Assembly (NCBI GenBank): GCA_034382075.1 | Contig: JAXMOZ010000004.1 | Span: 5,740-69,739 of the forward strand | Direction: 5' to 3' | From: Rhodospirillales bacterium | GTDB lineage: Bacteria > Pseudomonadota > Alphaproteobacteria > Rhodospirillales > Defluviicoccaceae | DNA length: 64,000 bases | Notes under the pieces: model-generated | Databases searched by the model: none | What the model was told of the DNA's origin: nothing | Seen by the model: only the letters and a program-made list of their open reading frames with translations | Made by a program: the position numbers and the translations under genes | Shown: one piece after another, positions 11,559 through 21,886 of the stretch | Numbering within the stretch: the stretch's first letter is position 1 | Layout: each line of letters begins with the position of its first letter

Positions 11559-12937
11559 GGCCGCAGCCCTTCCACCAGCGCGCGGAAGGCATCGCCGCGG
11601 GCCTCGAAGTTGGCGAACTGGTCGAACGAGGCGCAGGCCGGCGACAGCAGCACCACGGGCCGCGCGTCGCGCGCCCCAGCGGCGGCTTCGGCGGCGGCGG
11701 TAACCGCGCGCTCCAGCGTGCCGGACAGGGTCGCCGGCACGGTGCCTTCCAGGAAGTGGGCGAAGCCTTCCGCCGCCTCGCCGATCAGGTAGGCGTGGCG
11801 GATGCGCGGCCAGTACGGCTCGAGACCCTGCAGCCCGCCTTCTTTCGGCCGACCGCCGGCGATCCAGAAGATCGCGTCGTAGCAGGCCAGGGCCTTGGCC
11901 GCGGCATCGGCGTTGGTGGCCTTGCTGTCGTTGACGAAGGCAACCCCGTCGAGGACGGCGATCAGCTCCTGGCGATGGGGAAGGCCCGGGAAGCTGCGGA
12001 TGGCGTTCGCAATTGGGGCCGGATCGAGCCCCAACACCCGGGCCATCGCGTAGGCCGCGGCGGCGTTCTGGGCGTTGTGCTCGCCGGGGAGCGCCGGCGC
12101 CTCGGCCATCGCCAGCACCGGCTTCGGCTCGCCCGCGTCCATGCCGTCGAACAGCGTGCCGCCTTCGACGTAGGCTCCGCCCGGCGCCGGGCTGTGCGCT
12201 GAGATCGGGATCAGCCGGCGCTGGCCGGCGGCGACGATCTCGTCGGCGATCTTGCGGCAGTGGGCGTCGTCGATGCCGACGACCGCGACGGCGTCTCGCG
12301 GCTGGCCACGGAAAACTTGCGTCTTGGCGGCGATGTAGCCGGTCATGCCGCCGTGGCGGTCGAGATGGTCGGGGGTGATGTTGAGCAGGACCGCGACGAT
12401 GAAGACCAGCGAGGGCGTGAGCTCGAGCTGGTAGGACGACATCTCGAGCACGTAGAGGCCGTCCGCCGGCATTGGTTCGAGCGCCAGGATCGGGGTGCCG
12501 AGGTTGCCGCCGACGGCGCAGGGGCGCCCGGCGACCTCGAGGATGTGGCCGATCAGCGCGGTCGTCGTCGACTTGCCGTTGGTGCCGGTGATGCCGATGC
12601 AGCGCGCCTCGGGGTGAGCCTTGGCGAACAGTTCGCCGTCGCCGATGACCGGGCAGCCGGCCTCTCGCGCCCGGCGGACGACCGGGTGGGGGACCGGGTG
12701 GGTATGCGGGATGCCTGGGCTCATCACCAGGCACTCGGCCTTGCCGAGGTCGTGGTAGGCGAGGTTGCCCATGGGCCACTTCTCGGCGCGCAACCGCTCG
12801 CGGGTCTCTTCGTTGTCGTCCCAGGCCCACACCGGAAGCTTCGCCGCGCGCAGCGCCTGGACGGTCGCCCGGCCGCTGCGGCCGAGGCCGAGGACGGCGT
12901 AGCGGCGGCCCGCGGGCAGGGAGCTGAGATCGATCAT
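11555..12937 (-). CDS. murD: UDP-N-acetylmuramoylalanine--D-glutamate ligase
   Basis: C-terminal 460 aa of the 1357-aa track ORF: MIDLSSLPAGRRYAVLGLGRSGRATV...GITGTNGKSTTTALIGHIL... Confidence 0.92.
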   Translation of the reverse strand: MIDLSSLPAGRRYAVLGLGRSGRATVQALRAAKLPVWAWDDNEETRERLRAEKWPMGNLAYHDLGKAECLVMSPGIPHTHPVPHPVVRRAREAGCPVIGDGELFAKAHPEARCIGITGTNGKSTTTALIGHILEVAGRPCAVGGNLGTPILALEPMPADGLYVLEMSSYQLELTPSLVFIVAVLLNITPDHLDRHGGMTGYIAAKTQVFRGQPRDAVAVVGIDDAHCRKIADEIVAAGQRRLIPISAHSPAPGGAYVEGGTLFDGMDAGEPKPVLAMAEAPALPGEHNAQNAAAAYAMARVLGLDPAPIANAIRSFPGLPHRQELIAVLDGVAFVNDSKATNADAAAKALACYDAIFWIAGGRPKEGGLQGLEPYWPRIRHAYLIGEAAEGFAHFLEGTVPATLSGTLERAVTAAAEAAAGARDARPVVLLSPACASFDQFANFEARGDAFRALVEGLRP

Positions 12938-12948
12938 CGTCCGCTCCC

Positions 12949-14037
12949 TCACCTGAGCTTCAAGGTGGAGAGCCCGGCCAAGGCCAGGATCGAGGCGATG
13001 ATCCAGAAGCGGATGACGATGGTGGGCTCCGCCCAGCCCTTCTTCTCGAAGTGATGGTGCAGCGGCGCCATCCGGAACACCCGCCGGCCGGTGAGCTTGA
13101 AGGAGATGACCTGGACGATGACCGAGATGGTCTCCAGCACGAACAGGCCGCCGACGATGGCCAGCACGATCTCGTGGCGGGTGATCACCGCGACCGCGCC
13201 CAAGGCGCCTCCCAGCGACAGCGAGCCGGTGTCGCCCATGAAGACGCGCGCCGGCGGGGCGTTGAACCAGAGGAAGCCGAGGCCGGCGCCGACCAGGGCG
13301 CCGCAGAACACGGTGAGCTCGCCCGCGCCGCGGACGAAGTGGATCTGCAGGTAATTGGAGAAGACAGCGTTGCCGACCAGGTAGGCGATCAGCGCGAAGA
13401 CGCCGGCGGCGATGAGCACCGGGACGATGGCCAGACCGTCGAGGCCGTCGGTGAGGTTCACCGCGTTCGAAGCGCCGACGATGACCAGCGCGGCGATGGC
13501 GATGAACGCCGGGCCGAAATCGAGCAGCAGGTTCTTGAAGAAGGGCAGCGCCAGCTTGTACTGCAGCGGCTCCGGGGAGAGCGTGGTGATCCAAAAGGCG
13601 GCGCTGGCGGCGATCATCAGCTGCAGGATCAGCTTGGTCCGCCCGGGCAGCCCCTTGCTGTTGCGGTAGATCACCTTGCGGTAGTCGTCGAGGAAGCCGA
13701 TCGCGCCATAGCTGATGGTGACGATCAACGCTGCCCAGACGAAGCCGTTGGTGAGGTCGGCCCAGAGCAGCGTCGAGATCGTCAACGCCAGCAGGATGAG
13801 GAAGCCGCCCATGGTGGGCGTTCCCCGCTTGGTCAAAAGGTGGCTCTCCGGGCCGTCGTCGCGGATCGGCTGGCCGCCGTGCTGGCGGCTCTTCAGCATC
13901 CGGATCAGGCTGGGGCCGAAGATGAAGCTGACGAGCAGGCTGGTCATGACCGCGCCGCCGCTGCGAAAGGTCAGGTAGCGGAACACGTTCAGCGCGCTGA
14001 TGTCGTCCGCCAGCGGGTAGAGGAGGTGGAACAGCAT
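12949..14037 (-). CDS. mraY: Phospho-N-acetylmuramoyl-pentapeptide-transferase
   Basis: 362-aa polytopic protein [29 protein letters not shown]...KRGTPTMGG...[13 protein letters not shown] (MraY signatures). Confidence 0.95.
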   Translation of the reverse strand: MLFHLLYPLADDISALNVFRYLTFRSGGAVMTSLLVSFIFGPSLIRMLKSRQHGGQPIRDDGPESHLLTKRGTPTMGGFLILLALTISTLLWADLTNGFVWAALIVTISYGAIGFLDDYRKVIYRNSKGLPGRTKLILQLMIAASAAFWITTLSPEPLQYKLALPFFKNLLLDFGPAFIAIAALVIVGASNAVNLTDGLDGLAIVPVLIAAGVFALIAYLVGNAVFSNYLQIHFVRGAGELTVFCGALVGAGLGFLWFNAPPARVFMGDTGSLSLGGALGAVAVITRHEIVLAIVGGLFVLETISVIVQVISFKLTGRRVFRMAPLHHHFEKKGWAEPTIVIRFWIIASILALAGLSTLKLR

Positions 14038-14046
14038 CCCCGCCCC

Positions 14047-15489
14047 CTAGCCGGCGTCGGCGGCTTGGGGCCGCTCGGTGTTGCTGCCAGCGTCGAGAGC
14101 CTGGAGGGCGCGGACGACCGCGCCCATCCGGCTGCCGGCGGAGCCCTTGACGGTGACGACGTCGCCGGCACGGACCGCTTTCGCCACGAGCGGGGCGAGG
14201 CTGGCCGAATCCGCCGCGTGGCCGCCGCGCATGGAGGCCGGAAGGGCCTGGGCGAGAGCGGCCATGGCAGGGCCGGCGGTGAAGACGAGGTCGATGCCGT
14301 TGGCCTGGAGCGGCTCGGCCAGCCCGGCGTGGAGCGCCGCCGCCTCGGGGCCGAGCTCCAGCATGTCGCCGAGGACGGCGATCCGCCGGCCGCCGGCACC
14401 GGGAACCGCGTGGCCCAGCACCTCGAACGCCGCCGCCATGGCGACCGGCGAGGCGTTGTAGCTGTCGTCGATCAGCGCGAAGGCGCCGGTTTCCAGACGG
14501 ATCGTCAGCCGCTGGCCGCGGCCGGCGGGCGCGCTCACCCGTGCCAGATCCGCGGCCGCCTGACCCACGTCGGCGCCGAGCGCCGCCGTGGCCGCCAGCA
14601 CGCACAGGCTGTTCATGACCCAGTGGAAGCCGGGGACCGTGAGGCGGTAGTCGACCGTCCGTCCGAGCACGTCGGCGCTGACCCGCGAGCCCTCGGCGTC
14701 GGCCTCGGCTGCGAGCAGCCGAACGTCGGCGTCGCGGTCGCGGCCGAAGCCGATGATCCGTTGGATGCCGCAGCGCTTGGCCGCGGCCCACAGCCGGTCG
14801 TGCTGGGGATTGTCGCGGTTGAGCACGGCGCTGGCGCCGGCCTCGACGCCGGTGAAGATCTCGGCCTTGGCCTCGGCAATGTCTTCGACGGACGCGAAGT
14901 GCGCCTTGTGCACCGCCTCGACGGTGGTGATCACGCAGACATGCGGGCGGGCCAGATAGGACAGCGGCCCGAGCTCGCCCGGATGGTTCATGCCCATCTC
15001 GAAGATGCCGTAGGCGGCCTCTGCGGGCATCCTGGCCAGGCTGAGCGGCAGCCCCCAGTGGTTGTTGAGGTTGCCGGCGGTGGCGGCGGTCGCTCCCTGC
15101 CGGGAGAGGACGGTTCGCAGCGCCTCCTTGACCCCCGTCTTGCCGACGCTGCCGGTCACGGCGCAGATCCGCGCCGCACTGCGCGCCCGCGCCCGGATGC
15201 CGAGGGCGCGCAGCGCGACGAAGGTTTCGTCCACGCTCAGCAGCGGTGCGGTTCCGGCGACGCCGGGCGGATGGCGCGAAACCACAGCGGCGACCGCGCC
15301 GCGGCCGAGCGCGTCGGCGACGAAGGCGTGGCCGTCGAAGTTCGGGCCGCGCAGGGCCACGAACAGGTCGCCGGGAGCAACCGTACGGCTGTCGATGGAC
15401 ACGCCCCGCGCGCGCCAGACGCCGCTGCTGCGCCCGCCGGTCGCCCGGGCCGCGTCCTCGTTGGTCCAGAGTGGAGCCGCTTCGCTCAT
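14047..15489 (-). CDS. murF: UDP-N-acetylmuramoyl-tripeptide--D-alanyl-D-alanine ligase
   Basis: MSEAAPLWTNEDAARATGG...CAVTGSVGKTGVKEAL...DDSYNASP. ATG 15489 overlaps the murE stop (ATGA). Confidence 0.92.
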   Translation of the reverse strand: MSEAAPLWTNEDAARATGGRSSGVWRARGVSIDSRTVAPGDLFVALRGPNFDGHAFVADALGRGAVAAVVSRHPPGVAGTAPLLSVDETFVALRALGIRARARSAARICAVTGSVGKTGVKEALRTVLSRQGATAATAGNLNNHWGLPLSLARMPAEAAYGIFEMGMNHPGELGPLSYLARPHVCVITTVEAVHKAHFASVEDIAEAKAEIFTGVEAGASAVLNRDNPQHDRLWAAAKRCGIQRIIGFGRDRDADVRLLAAEADAEGSRVSADVLGRTVDYRLTVPGFHWVMNSLCVLAATAALGADVGQAAADLARVSAPAGRGQRLTIRLETGAFALIDDSYNASPVAMAAAFEVLGHAVPGAGGRRIAVLGDMLELGPEAAALHAGLAEPLQANGIDLVFTAGPAMAALAQALPASMRGGHAADSASLAPLVAKAVRAGDVVTVKGSAGSRMGAVVRALQALDAGSNTERPQAADAG

Positions 15490-16970
15490 GCGCCGCGTCT
15501 CGCCGCGGCGGCGCGCACCACCGCCGCATCCTCGAACGGATGAACCACGTCGCCGATGATCTGTCCGGTCTCGTGGCCCTTGCCGGCCACGACCAGCACA
15601 TCTCCCTCTCCAAGGCCGGCAACGGCATGCTCGATGGCGTCCCCGCGGCCGGGGATCTCGGTTGCGGCGGGGCAGCCCCCGAGGATCTGCCGGCGGATGG
15701 CGGCGGGGTTCTCGCTGCGCGGGTTGTCGTCGGTGACGATCACGAGGTCGGCGAGTTCGGCGGCGACGCCGCCCATTTCCGGCCGCTTGCCGGCGTCGCG
15801 GTCGCCGCCGCAGCCGAACAGCACGACCAGCCGGCGCCGGCACTCGGCGCGCGCGGCGCGCAGCACCGCCGCCAGCGCATCCGGCGTGTGGGCATAGTCG
15901 ACATAGATCGAAGCGCCGTTGGGAAGGCGGGCGACCCGCTCCAGCCGGCCCGGCACCTGCGGCAGGGTGGCCAGCGCCGCGACCGATTTGCCGAGGTCGC
16001 CGCCGGTGGTCAGGACAAGGCCCAGCGCGGCGAGCGCATTGCTGGCCTGGAAGTCGCCGGCCAGCGGCAGGGCGACATCGTGACGTTCGCCGAAGACGGA
16101 GAGGCTGAGCTCCTGGCCACCCTCCAGGGCCGCCAGCCGCTGCAGGCGGAGGTCGCTCGCCTCGGCCGAGCCGTAGGTCACCACCCGCAGGCCGCGCCGC
16201 CGGGCCGCCTCTTGCACCGCCGGCGCCTGGGCGCTGTCGGCGTTGACCACGGCGCCGCCACCTAAGGTCACAAGCTGATCGAAAAGCCGCAACTTTGCAG
16301 AGAGATACGCCTCGGCGCTGCCGTGATAGTCGAGATGATCACGGGTGAGATTGGTGAAGGCCCCTGCCGCGACGCGAACACCGTCGAGGCGGTACTGGGA
16401 CAGGCCGTGGCTGGATGCTTCCATGGCCAAATGGTCTATGCCTCGCCCGGCGAGTTCGGCAAGCGCTCGATGCAGGTTCACCGGGTCCGGCGTGGTCAGG
16501 TTCCCACGCTGGTTCAGGTGTTCGCTGCTAACCCCAAGAGTTCCAATGCTTGCGCCTGAAACGCCGAGGACATACCAGATATGGCGTACGAACCGGACGA
16601 CCGAGGTCTTGCCGTTGGTGCCCGTGACCGCGACCACGGTTCGCGGCTGATTTCGAAAGAATCGGCTGGCAAAGAGGGCGAAGCGGCGGCGTGGATTGGG
16701 ATCGCGGATCCAGGCCACCCCCGACCCCCGTCGCGCGGTCTCCGCCGGCCCCAAATCCACCCCAGACGAGGTGAGGATCGCGGTTGCACCCTTGCCGATC
16801 GCGTCGCTGATGAAGGCGCGGCCGTCGGCCCGGGCGCCCGGCAATGCCGCGAACAGGAAGCCGGGCTGGACCGCACGGGAGTCGCTGGCAAGCCCGGTGA
16901 TCTCGACGTCGCTGCTCCCGCTGACACCGCTGCGCCCTGTGTCGTCATCCAGCAGATCAGTTAGCCGCAA
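15486..16970 (-). CDS. murE: UDP-N-acetylmuramoyl-L-alanyl-D-glutamate--2,6-diaminopimelate ligase
   Basis: VAVTGTNGKTSVVRF...DYAHTPDAL...GCGGDRDAGKRP. No in-frame ATG lies near the conserved N-terminus. TTG at 16970 gives (M)RLTDLLDD, typical of MurE, and overlaps the end of ftsI by 14 nt. The start is the least certain part. Confidence 0.88.
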   Translation of the reverse strand: MRLTDLLDDDTGRSGVSGSSDVEITGLASDSRAVQPGFLFAALPGARADGRAFISDAIGKGATAILTSSGVDLGPAETARRGSGVAWIRDPNPRRRFALFASRFFRNQPRTVVAVTGTNGKTSVVRFVRHIWYVLGVSGASIGTLGVSSEHLNQRGNLTTPDPVNLHRALAELAGRGIDHLAMEASSHGLSQYRLDGVRVAAGAFTNLTRDHLDYHGSAEAYLSAKLRLFDQLVTLGGGAVVNADSAQAPAVQEAARRRGLRVVTYGSAEASDLRLQRLAALEGGQELSLSVFGERHDVALPLAGDFQASNALAALGLVLTTGGDLGKSVAALATLPQVPGRLERVARLPNGASIYVDYAHTPDALAAVLRAARAECRRRLVVLFGCGGDRDAGKRPEMGGVAAELADLVIVTDDNPRSENPAAIRRQILGGCPAATEIPGRGDAIEHAVAGLGEGDVLVVAGKGHETGQIIGDVVHPFEDAAVVRAAAARRGA

Positions 16971-18705
16971 GCTGGCGACCCTGAACCTTGGCGCCCGCCG
17001 CCGGCCGCGCCGCCAGCACGCCCGGCTTCTGCTTGGTCGGCGGCTGGTCGAGCCGGTCGCCGTCGGGCCGGGGGGCAAGCCCGTAGAGCGGCCCCATCCG
17101 GCGGATCACCTTGGCCACGATCGGCGCCGCCACCCAGCCGCCGGTGGCGAAGTTGTAGGTGCTCTTGTTGCCTTTCGGCTCGTCGAGCATGGCGAGGACG
17201 ATGTAGCGGGGGTGGTCCATGGGGAACGCGGCGACGAAGGTCGAAACCCGCTTGTCGTCGTCGTAGCGGCCGTTGACCAGCTTCTCCGAGGTTCCGGTCT
17301 TGCCGCCGACCATATAGCCCGGCACGTCGGCCTTCTCGCCGGTGCCGCTGGCCACGACCCGGCGCATCATCGAGCGCATCTGCCGCGAGGTCTGCGCCGA
17401 GAACACCCGCTCGCCCAGCACCGGCTCGTCGCGGGCAACGATGGTGGGCGAGCGCAGCACCCCGCCGTCGACGACCGCGCCGGTCGCCGCCGCCACCTGC
17501 AGCGGCGTGACGGCGATGCCGTGGCCGAAGGCGACGGTCATGGTGTTGATCTCGCGCCAGGGGTTCGGCGTCAGCGGCGCGCCGAGCTCCGGCAGCTCCA
17601 GGCTCGCCGGGCGCAGCAGGCCCAGGCGGCTCAGATACTGCCGCTGAAGGGGCGTGCCGATGTCGAGCGCCATCTGCGCCGCGCCGATGTTCGAGGAGTG
17701 GACCAGGATCTCCGGCACCGACAGCCAGCGCTTCTCCGGGTGGTAGTCGCTGATGGTGAACTGGGCGACGCGCAGCGGCTTCGTGGCGTCGTAGCCGCCG
17801 CTCATGGTGGTGACCCCGGTCTCCAGCGCGGTCGCGACGGTGAACAGCTTGAAGGTGGAGCCCATCTCGAACACGCCCTTGGTGATCCGGTTGAACCGGT
17901 TCTCCTCGGGCGAGGCGTTGGGCGAGTTGGGGTCGAAGTCCGGCAGCGAGACCAGGGCGGCCACCTCGCCGGTCTCGGCGTCGAGGACCAGGCCGGCGGC
18001 GCCGACGGCGCGGAAGCTGGTCTTCGCCGCCTGCAGCTCTTCATTGAGAATGTGCTGCAGGCGCACGTCGAGCGACAACCGCAGCGGCTTGCCGCTCTTC
18101 AGCTGCTCTTCGAAGGCGAGTTCGATGCCGGCGATGCCCTGGCCGTCGACGTCGGTGTGGCCGAGGACGTGGGCGGCGGTCTGGCCGTGGGGATAGATCC
18201 GCCGGTACTCGGTCTGGAACGACAGACCCGGGATGCCGAGCGCAATGACCGCCTGCTGCTCGGTGGGGGTCAGATGCCGGCGGATCCACTCGAAGCGGCT
18301 CGCAGCCGTCAGCCGCGACAGCAGCCACGGCCGGTGCAGGTCCGGAAACAGGCGGACGAGCGCGCCGGCGGCCTCGTTCACGTCCATGATCAGCTTGGGA
18401 TCGGCGTACAGCGACGCCGAAGGCAGGCTGGTCGCGAGCAGGACGCCGTTGCGGTCGGTGATGTCGGCGCGCCCGACCGCCTGGCCGCTGGCATGGCGGG
18501 TGACCCGGGGGCCGCTTTCGGCGCCGAGGATGCTGAGCTCGACGAGCCGGCCGGCGGTCACGGTGAACATCAGAACGAACACGATCGCGGTCACGATCAG
18601 CCGGGTGCGCGCCGTGTTCAAGACCCGCTTGCGGGTGCCCTCCAGGCAGACCGGCCCCTCGGCGATGGCCGCGGCGGAGAGGACGACGCCGTCGCCGCCG
18701 GTCAT
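16957..18705 (-). CDS. ftsI: Peptidoglycan D,D-transpeptidase FtsI (PBP3)
   Basis: MTGGDGVVL..., N-terminal TM, then the class B PBP motifs STFK (GSTFKLFT), SSN (HSSNIGA) and KTG (GGKTGTSE). ATG 18705 overlaps the ftsL stop (ATGA). Confidence 0.92.
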   Translation of the reverse strand: MTGGDGVVLSAAAIAEGPVCLEGTRKRVLNTARTRLIVTAIVFVLMFTVTAGRLVELSILGAESGPRVTRHASGQAVGRADITDRNGVLLATSLPSASLYADPKLIMDVNEAAGALVRLFPDLHRPWLLSRLTAASRFEWIRRHLTPTEQQAVIALGIPGLSFQTEYRRIYPHGQTAAHVLGHTDVDGQGIAGIELAFEEQLKSGKPLRLSLDVRLQHILNEELQAAKTSFRAVGAAGLVLDAETGEVAALVSLPDFDPNSPNASPEENRFNRITKGVFEMGSTFKLFTVATALETGVTTMSGGYDATKPLRVAQFTISDYHPEKRWLSVPEILVHSSNIGAAQMALDIGTPLQRQYLSRLGLLRPASLELPELGAPLTPNPWREINTMTVAFGHGIAVTPLQVAAATGAVVDGGVLRSPTIVARDEPVLGERVFSAQTSRQMRSMMRRVVASGTGEKADVPGYMVGGKTGTSEKLVNGRYDDDKRVSTFVAAFPMDHPRYIVLAMLDEPKGNKSTYNFATGGWVAAPIVAKVIRRMGPLYGLAPRPDGDRLDQPPTKQKPGVLAARPAAGAKVQGRQLAAN

Positions 18706-19076
18706 TGGCCGCCCCCGCCGCTCCAGGACGAGCCGATGGCGGCGCGAAGCGAAGCGCCGCCGGCGTATTCGCCCTGACCTTCGAGGAGCTGGCGCAGCCG
18801 CGAGAAGCTCGCCATCTGCTCCGGCTCCAGCGGCGCCAGATCGAGATGGCGGGCGGAGAGCCGCTTCAGCCGGTCGGCGTCGGTGAGCACGTCGAACTCG
18901 GCGCGCAGCACGCGCACCGCGCTCTCCTCCTCGGCGATGGTGTCGTTGAGCTGGACCAGCTCCTTCTCCAGTGCCTGGACCTGATGCTTCAGGGTGAACA
19001 GGACCGCGGCGAGGCCGACGCCCAACAGCAGGAACAGGACGGCTGTCTGGCGAAACACGGTCGACCAGGCGCTCAT
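18702..19076 (-). CDS. ftsL: Cell division protein FtsL (alphaproteobacterial type)
   Basis: [45 protein letters not shown]...: one TM plus a coiled coil, sitting between rsmH and ftsI. ATG 19076 overlaps the rsmH stop (ATGA). The call rests on position and architecture. Confidence 0.7.
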   Translation of the reverse strand: MSAWSTVFRQTAVLFLLLGVGLAAVLFTLKHQVQALEKELVQLNDTIAEEESAVRVLRAEFDVLTDADRLKRLSARHLDLAPLEPEQMASFSRLRQLLEGQGEYAGGASLRAAIGSSWSGGGGQ

Positions 19077-20065
19077 GCGGCTCTCCTGCCTGCATCGGGG
19101 GCCGGCCAAGCCGGCGCGGCGGTCCGTTCGGCGACCCGCAGCCTCGCGGATCGTGCGCGGGGGTTGGCGGCGGTCTCTTCAGCGCCGGGCTTGATGGCGC
19201 CGGTGGTGATCAGCCGGAAGGTCGGCGCCGGCGCGGCCGAGGCCGGCGCTTCCGGCCGGTGGCGCGAGGGTGCCGGCTGGGCTCCGGCGCGGGCGCGGAG
19301 GAACGATTTGACTTTCCGGTCCTCCAGGGAGTGGAAGGCGACGACGCAGAGCCGCGCCCCCGGGCGCAACACCCTTTCGGCTGCGGCCAACCCGCGGTCG
19401 AGTTCGCCGAGCTCGTCGTTCACATAGATCCTGAGCGCCTGGAAGGTTCGGGTGGCCGGGTCGATCCGCTCGCGGCCTTGCGGCAGCACGGCGCGGACGA
19501 TCTCGGCGAGCCTCAGCGTCGTCTCGATGCGGGCGATGCCGCGGGCGCGGACCACGGCGCGGGCGATCCGGCGGGAGGCGCGCTCCTCGCCCAAGGTCGA
19601 GAGGATCCGGGCGAGCTCGTCCTCGGCCAGGGCATTGACCGCGTCGGCGGCGCTTTCGCCGCTGTCCGGGTCCATCCGCATGTCCAGCGGGCCGTCGAGG
19701 CGAAAGGAGAAGCCGCGGGACGCGGTGTCGAGCTGCGGCGAGGAAACGCCGAGATCGAAGGTGACGCCATCGACCGCGCTGATCTCGATCTCCGCCAACA
19801 GCGAGACCATGGCGCCGAAGGCGCCGCGGAGGATCCTGAGCCGCCCGCCATAGCTCAGGGCGAGGTCGGCGGCGCGGGCGCAGGCCGCGGGGTCGCGGTC
19901 GATGCCGACGACGGCGCAGTCGGCGGCCTCGAGGATCGCCCGGGCGTAGCCGCCGGCGCCGAAGGTCGCGTCGACGTAGACGCCGCCGTCGCGGGGCGCA
20001 AGGTGGGCCATGACTTCGGCCAGAAGGACCGGGCTGTGGTTCGCTGCGGCTACCGCGGCGGTCAC
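19073..20065 (-). CDS. rsmH: 16S rRNA (cytosine1402-N4)-methyltransferase
   Basis: [41 protein letters not shown]...[11 protein letters not shown] 20065 has GGAGG 7 nt upstream and forms a GTGA overlap with the mraZ stop. Confidence 0.92.
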   Translation of the reverse strand: MTAAVAAANHSPVLLAEVMAHLAPRDGGVYVDATFGAGGYARAILEAADCAVVGIDRDPAACARAADLALSYGGRLRILRGAFGAMVSLLAEIEISAVDGVTFDLGVSSPQLDTASRGFSFRLDGPLDMRMDPDSGESAADAVNALAEDELARILSTLGEERASRRIARAVVRARGIARIETTLRLAEIVRAVLPQGRERIDPATRTFQALRIYVNDELGELDRGLAAAERVLRPGARLCVVAFHSLEDRKVKSFLRARAGAQPAPSRHRPEAPASAAPAPTFRLITTGAIKPGAEETAANPRARSARLRVAERTAAPAWPAPDAGRRAA

Positions 20066-20535
20066 GACGACGCCTCCGGGGCCCGGCGCAAGGGCAGTGT
20101 CGCCCTGCGTTCGCGGGCGCGGGTGAAGGCGCCGGCGCGGTGCTCGGCAAATGCCGCCGGCTCCCAGATGGAAAAGCGGGCGCCGCGGCCGACGAACAGG
20201 GCTTCGCCGGAGATGCCGGCATGGTCGAGCAGCTCGGGCGGCAAGACCACGCGCCCTTCCGGGTCGAACGGAAGCTGGTGGGCGTTTTCCAGGACCACCG
20301 ACGCAAGGTCGTCCTGGTCCTCCGAGAACATGTCGAGGTCGTCGATACTGTCGGCCAGCTGCTTCATGAAGGTTTCGCCACAGGCTTCGATAGCCTGCGC
20401 TTTGAACAGAGGATAGGCGTAGATGCCAGCGAATCCGGACGCTTCCTCGGCTAGGGCATCGCGGAAGGGCTTCGGCACGGATACCCGCCCCTTGCGGTCG
20501 ATCTTGTTGACGTAACGGCCGACCAGCAACGGCAT
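20062..20535 (-). CDS. mraZ: Transcriptional regulator MraZ
   Basis: [28 protein letters not shown]...[14 protein letters not shown]: two SpoVT/AbrB-like half-domains, first gene of the dcw cluster, GAGGAG RBS. Confidence 0.93.
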   Translation of the reverse strand: MPLLVGRYVNKIDRKGRVSVPKPFRDALAEEASGFAGIYAYPLFKAQAIEACGETFMKQLADSIDDLDMFSEDQDDLASVVLENAHQLPFDPEGRVVLPPELLDHAGISGEALFVGRGARFSIWEPAAFAEHRAGAFTRARERRATLPLRRAPEASS

Positions 20536-20630
20536 GACCGCTCCTCGTGATGACGCGCCTCCCGGCGCGCCGCAATTCTTCGGATGCCGTCACCGCTGGC
20601 TCTCCCAGAAGACCCGCGTCACGGTAGAAC

Positions 20631-20690
20631 ATGGGATATCATGGGAGGTGATGGGCGTCAATGGGCGCGCGTGGAACGCGCTGGAACAGC
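20631..20690. promoter_or_regulatory. Candidate MraZ operator / Pmra region: six TGG(G/A)N motifs in exact 10-bp register
   Basis: aTGGGAtatc aTGGGAggtg aTGGGCgtca aTGGGCgcgc gTGGAAcgcg cTGGAAcagc, 96-155 bp upstream of the mraZ ATG. On the mraZ sense strand, TTGACG (20661..20656)-17 nt-TATCCC (20638..20633) lies inside the array. Confidence 0.5.
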
Positions 20691-20861
20691 AATGTCTTCT
20701 TCGTCCCGCGGAAGTCTCTTCGTCGCCCAGATGAAAGTCGATCCGAGTGCTCGCCGTCGGGCACAAAGTCATCGGGGCGAGCACACCGACGCGGCGGGGC
20801 GATCAGCACTTCGGCAAGCGCGGCGTGGTCGTGTTCTTCTAATGTTCCACCGCTGTAGCGA

Positions 20862-20893
20862 GGAACAAAAGGCGAAACCCTCGAATCGAGGGG
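20862..20893 (-). terminator. Possible intrinsic terminator downstream of rnpB
   Basis: Minus strand reads CCCTCG-att-CGAGGG followed by TTTCGCCTTTTGTT. The stem is short (6 bp), about 90 nt beyond the predicted 3' end of rnpB. Confidence 0.35.
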
Positions 20894-20981
20894 TTGCGCC
20901 GCCTTGCCGCAGGGTGGGCCGCGGTCTCAACGGGGGCGCGAGACGGCGTCGCCGCGGCTGTTCGTCGAGGCCGAGAAGAAG

Positions 20982-21392
<411 letters not shown>

Positions 21393-21495
21393 ATCCCAGA
21401 GTAGACCCAGCGAGGCCGGGTGCAAGCCCCGTCGCCTCGCGCTCGCGGTGACAGGAAGCCACGGCCGAGACCGTGTGCTTGGCGCGTCTTTGGCA

Positions 21496-21807
21496 TTAGG
21501 CGCGCCTATGACTGCAGACCTGCTGCAGCCGCCATCCCGCGCACTCCAGGGCTTCTTCGGTGAACTCCTGTGGAAACTTGACAACAGCCTCCTCTATCGA
21601 CCAGTCGAGAAGGCCGATATCTGCCATCCGCTTGAACCCGCTTTGCAGATCGCCGCTTCGAACGAGCTTTTCGATGGCGCGAATCGTGCCTTGCTGGTGC
21701 CGCATCCTCTCGAATATGTGGGGATGATACCCACGCTGTTTGGACAGGCGAATGCCTTCGTCTACGAAGGCTTCCAGATCTGGACTGGCTTTCTTCAAGG
21801 GTTGCAT
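21496..21807 (-). CDS. Hypothetical protein (103 aa) in a visibly lower-GC islet
   Basis: MQPLKKASPDLEAFVDEGIRLSKQRGYHPHIFERMRHQQGTIRAIEKLVRSGDLQSGFKRMADIGLLDWSIEEAVVKFPQEFTEEALECAGWRL. The composition is ordinary and protein-like, unlike the Arg/Pro/Ala-rich artefact ORFs. I cannot name a family. Confidence 0.55.
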   Translation of the reverse strand: MQPLKKASPDLEAFVDEGIRLSKQRGYHPHIFERMRHQQGTIRAIEKLVRSGDLQSGFKRMADIGLLDWSIEEAVVKFPQEFTEEALECAGWRLQQVCSHRRA

Positions 21808-21847
21808 ACACTCATGATACGCGCTGATAGCACAGAATGCAATCCGA

Positions 21848-21886
21848 GGTAGTCAACCAAGCCTCTGCTGGGCTTGGTTGACTACC
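21848..21886. terminator. Perfect 16-bp stem hairpin overlapping the amidase stop codon
   Basis: GGTAGTCAACCAAGCC-tctgctg-GGCTTGGTTGACTACC. There is no U-tract on either strand, so its function (terminator, processing or recombination site) is open. Confidence 0.4.

Noticed and set aside
11555-15628. 1357-aa ORF suggesting a giant fusion protein (similar cases at 6001..8004, 9289..11592, 10440..12830, 14047..15843, 16957..19095, 19073..20632)
   Set aside because: Only the C-terminal portion of each matches a Mur/Fts protein. The upstream parts are out-of-frame read-through across the neighbouring gene, without stops because of the G+C bias.
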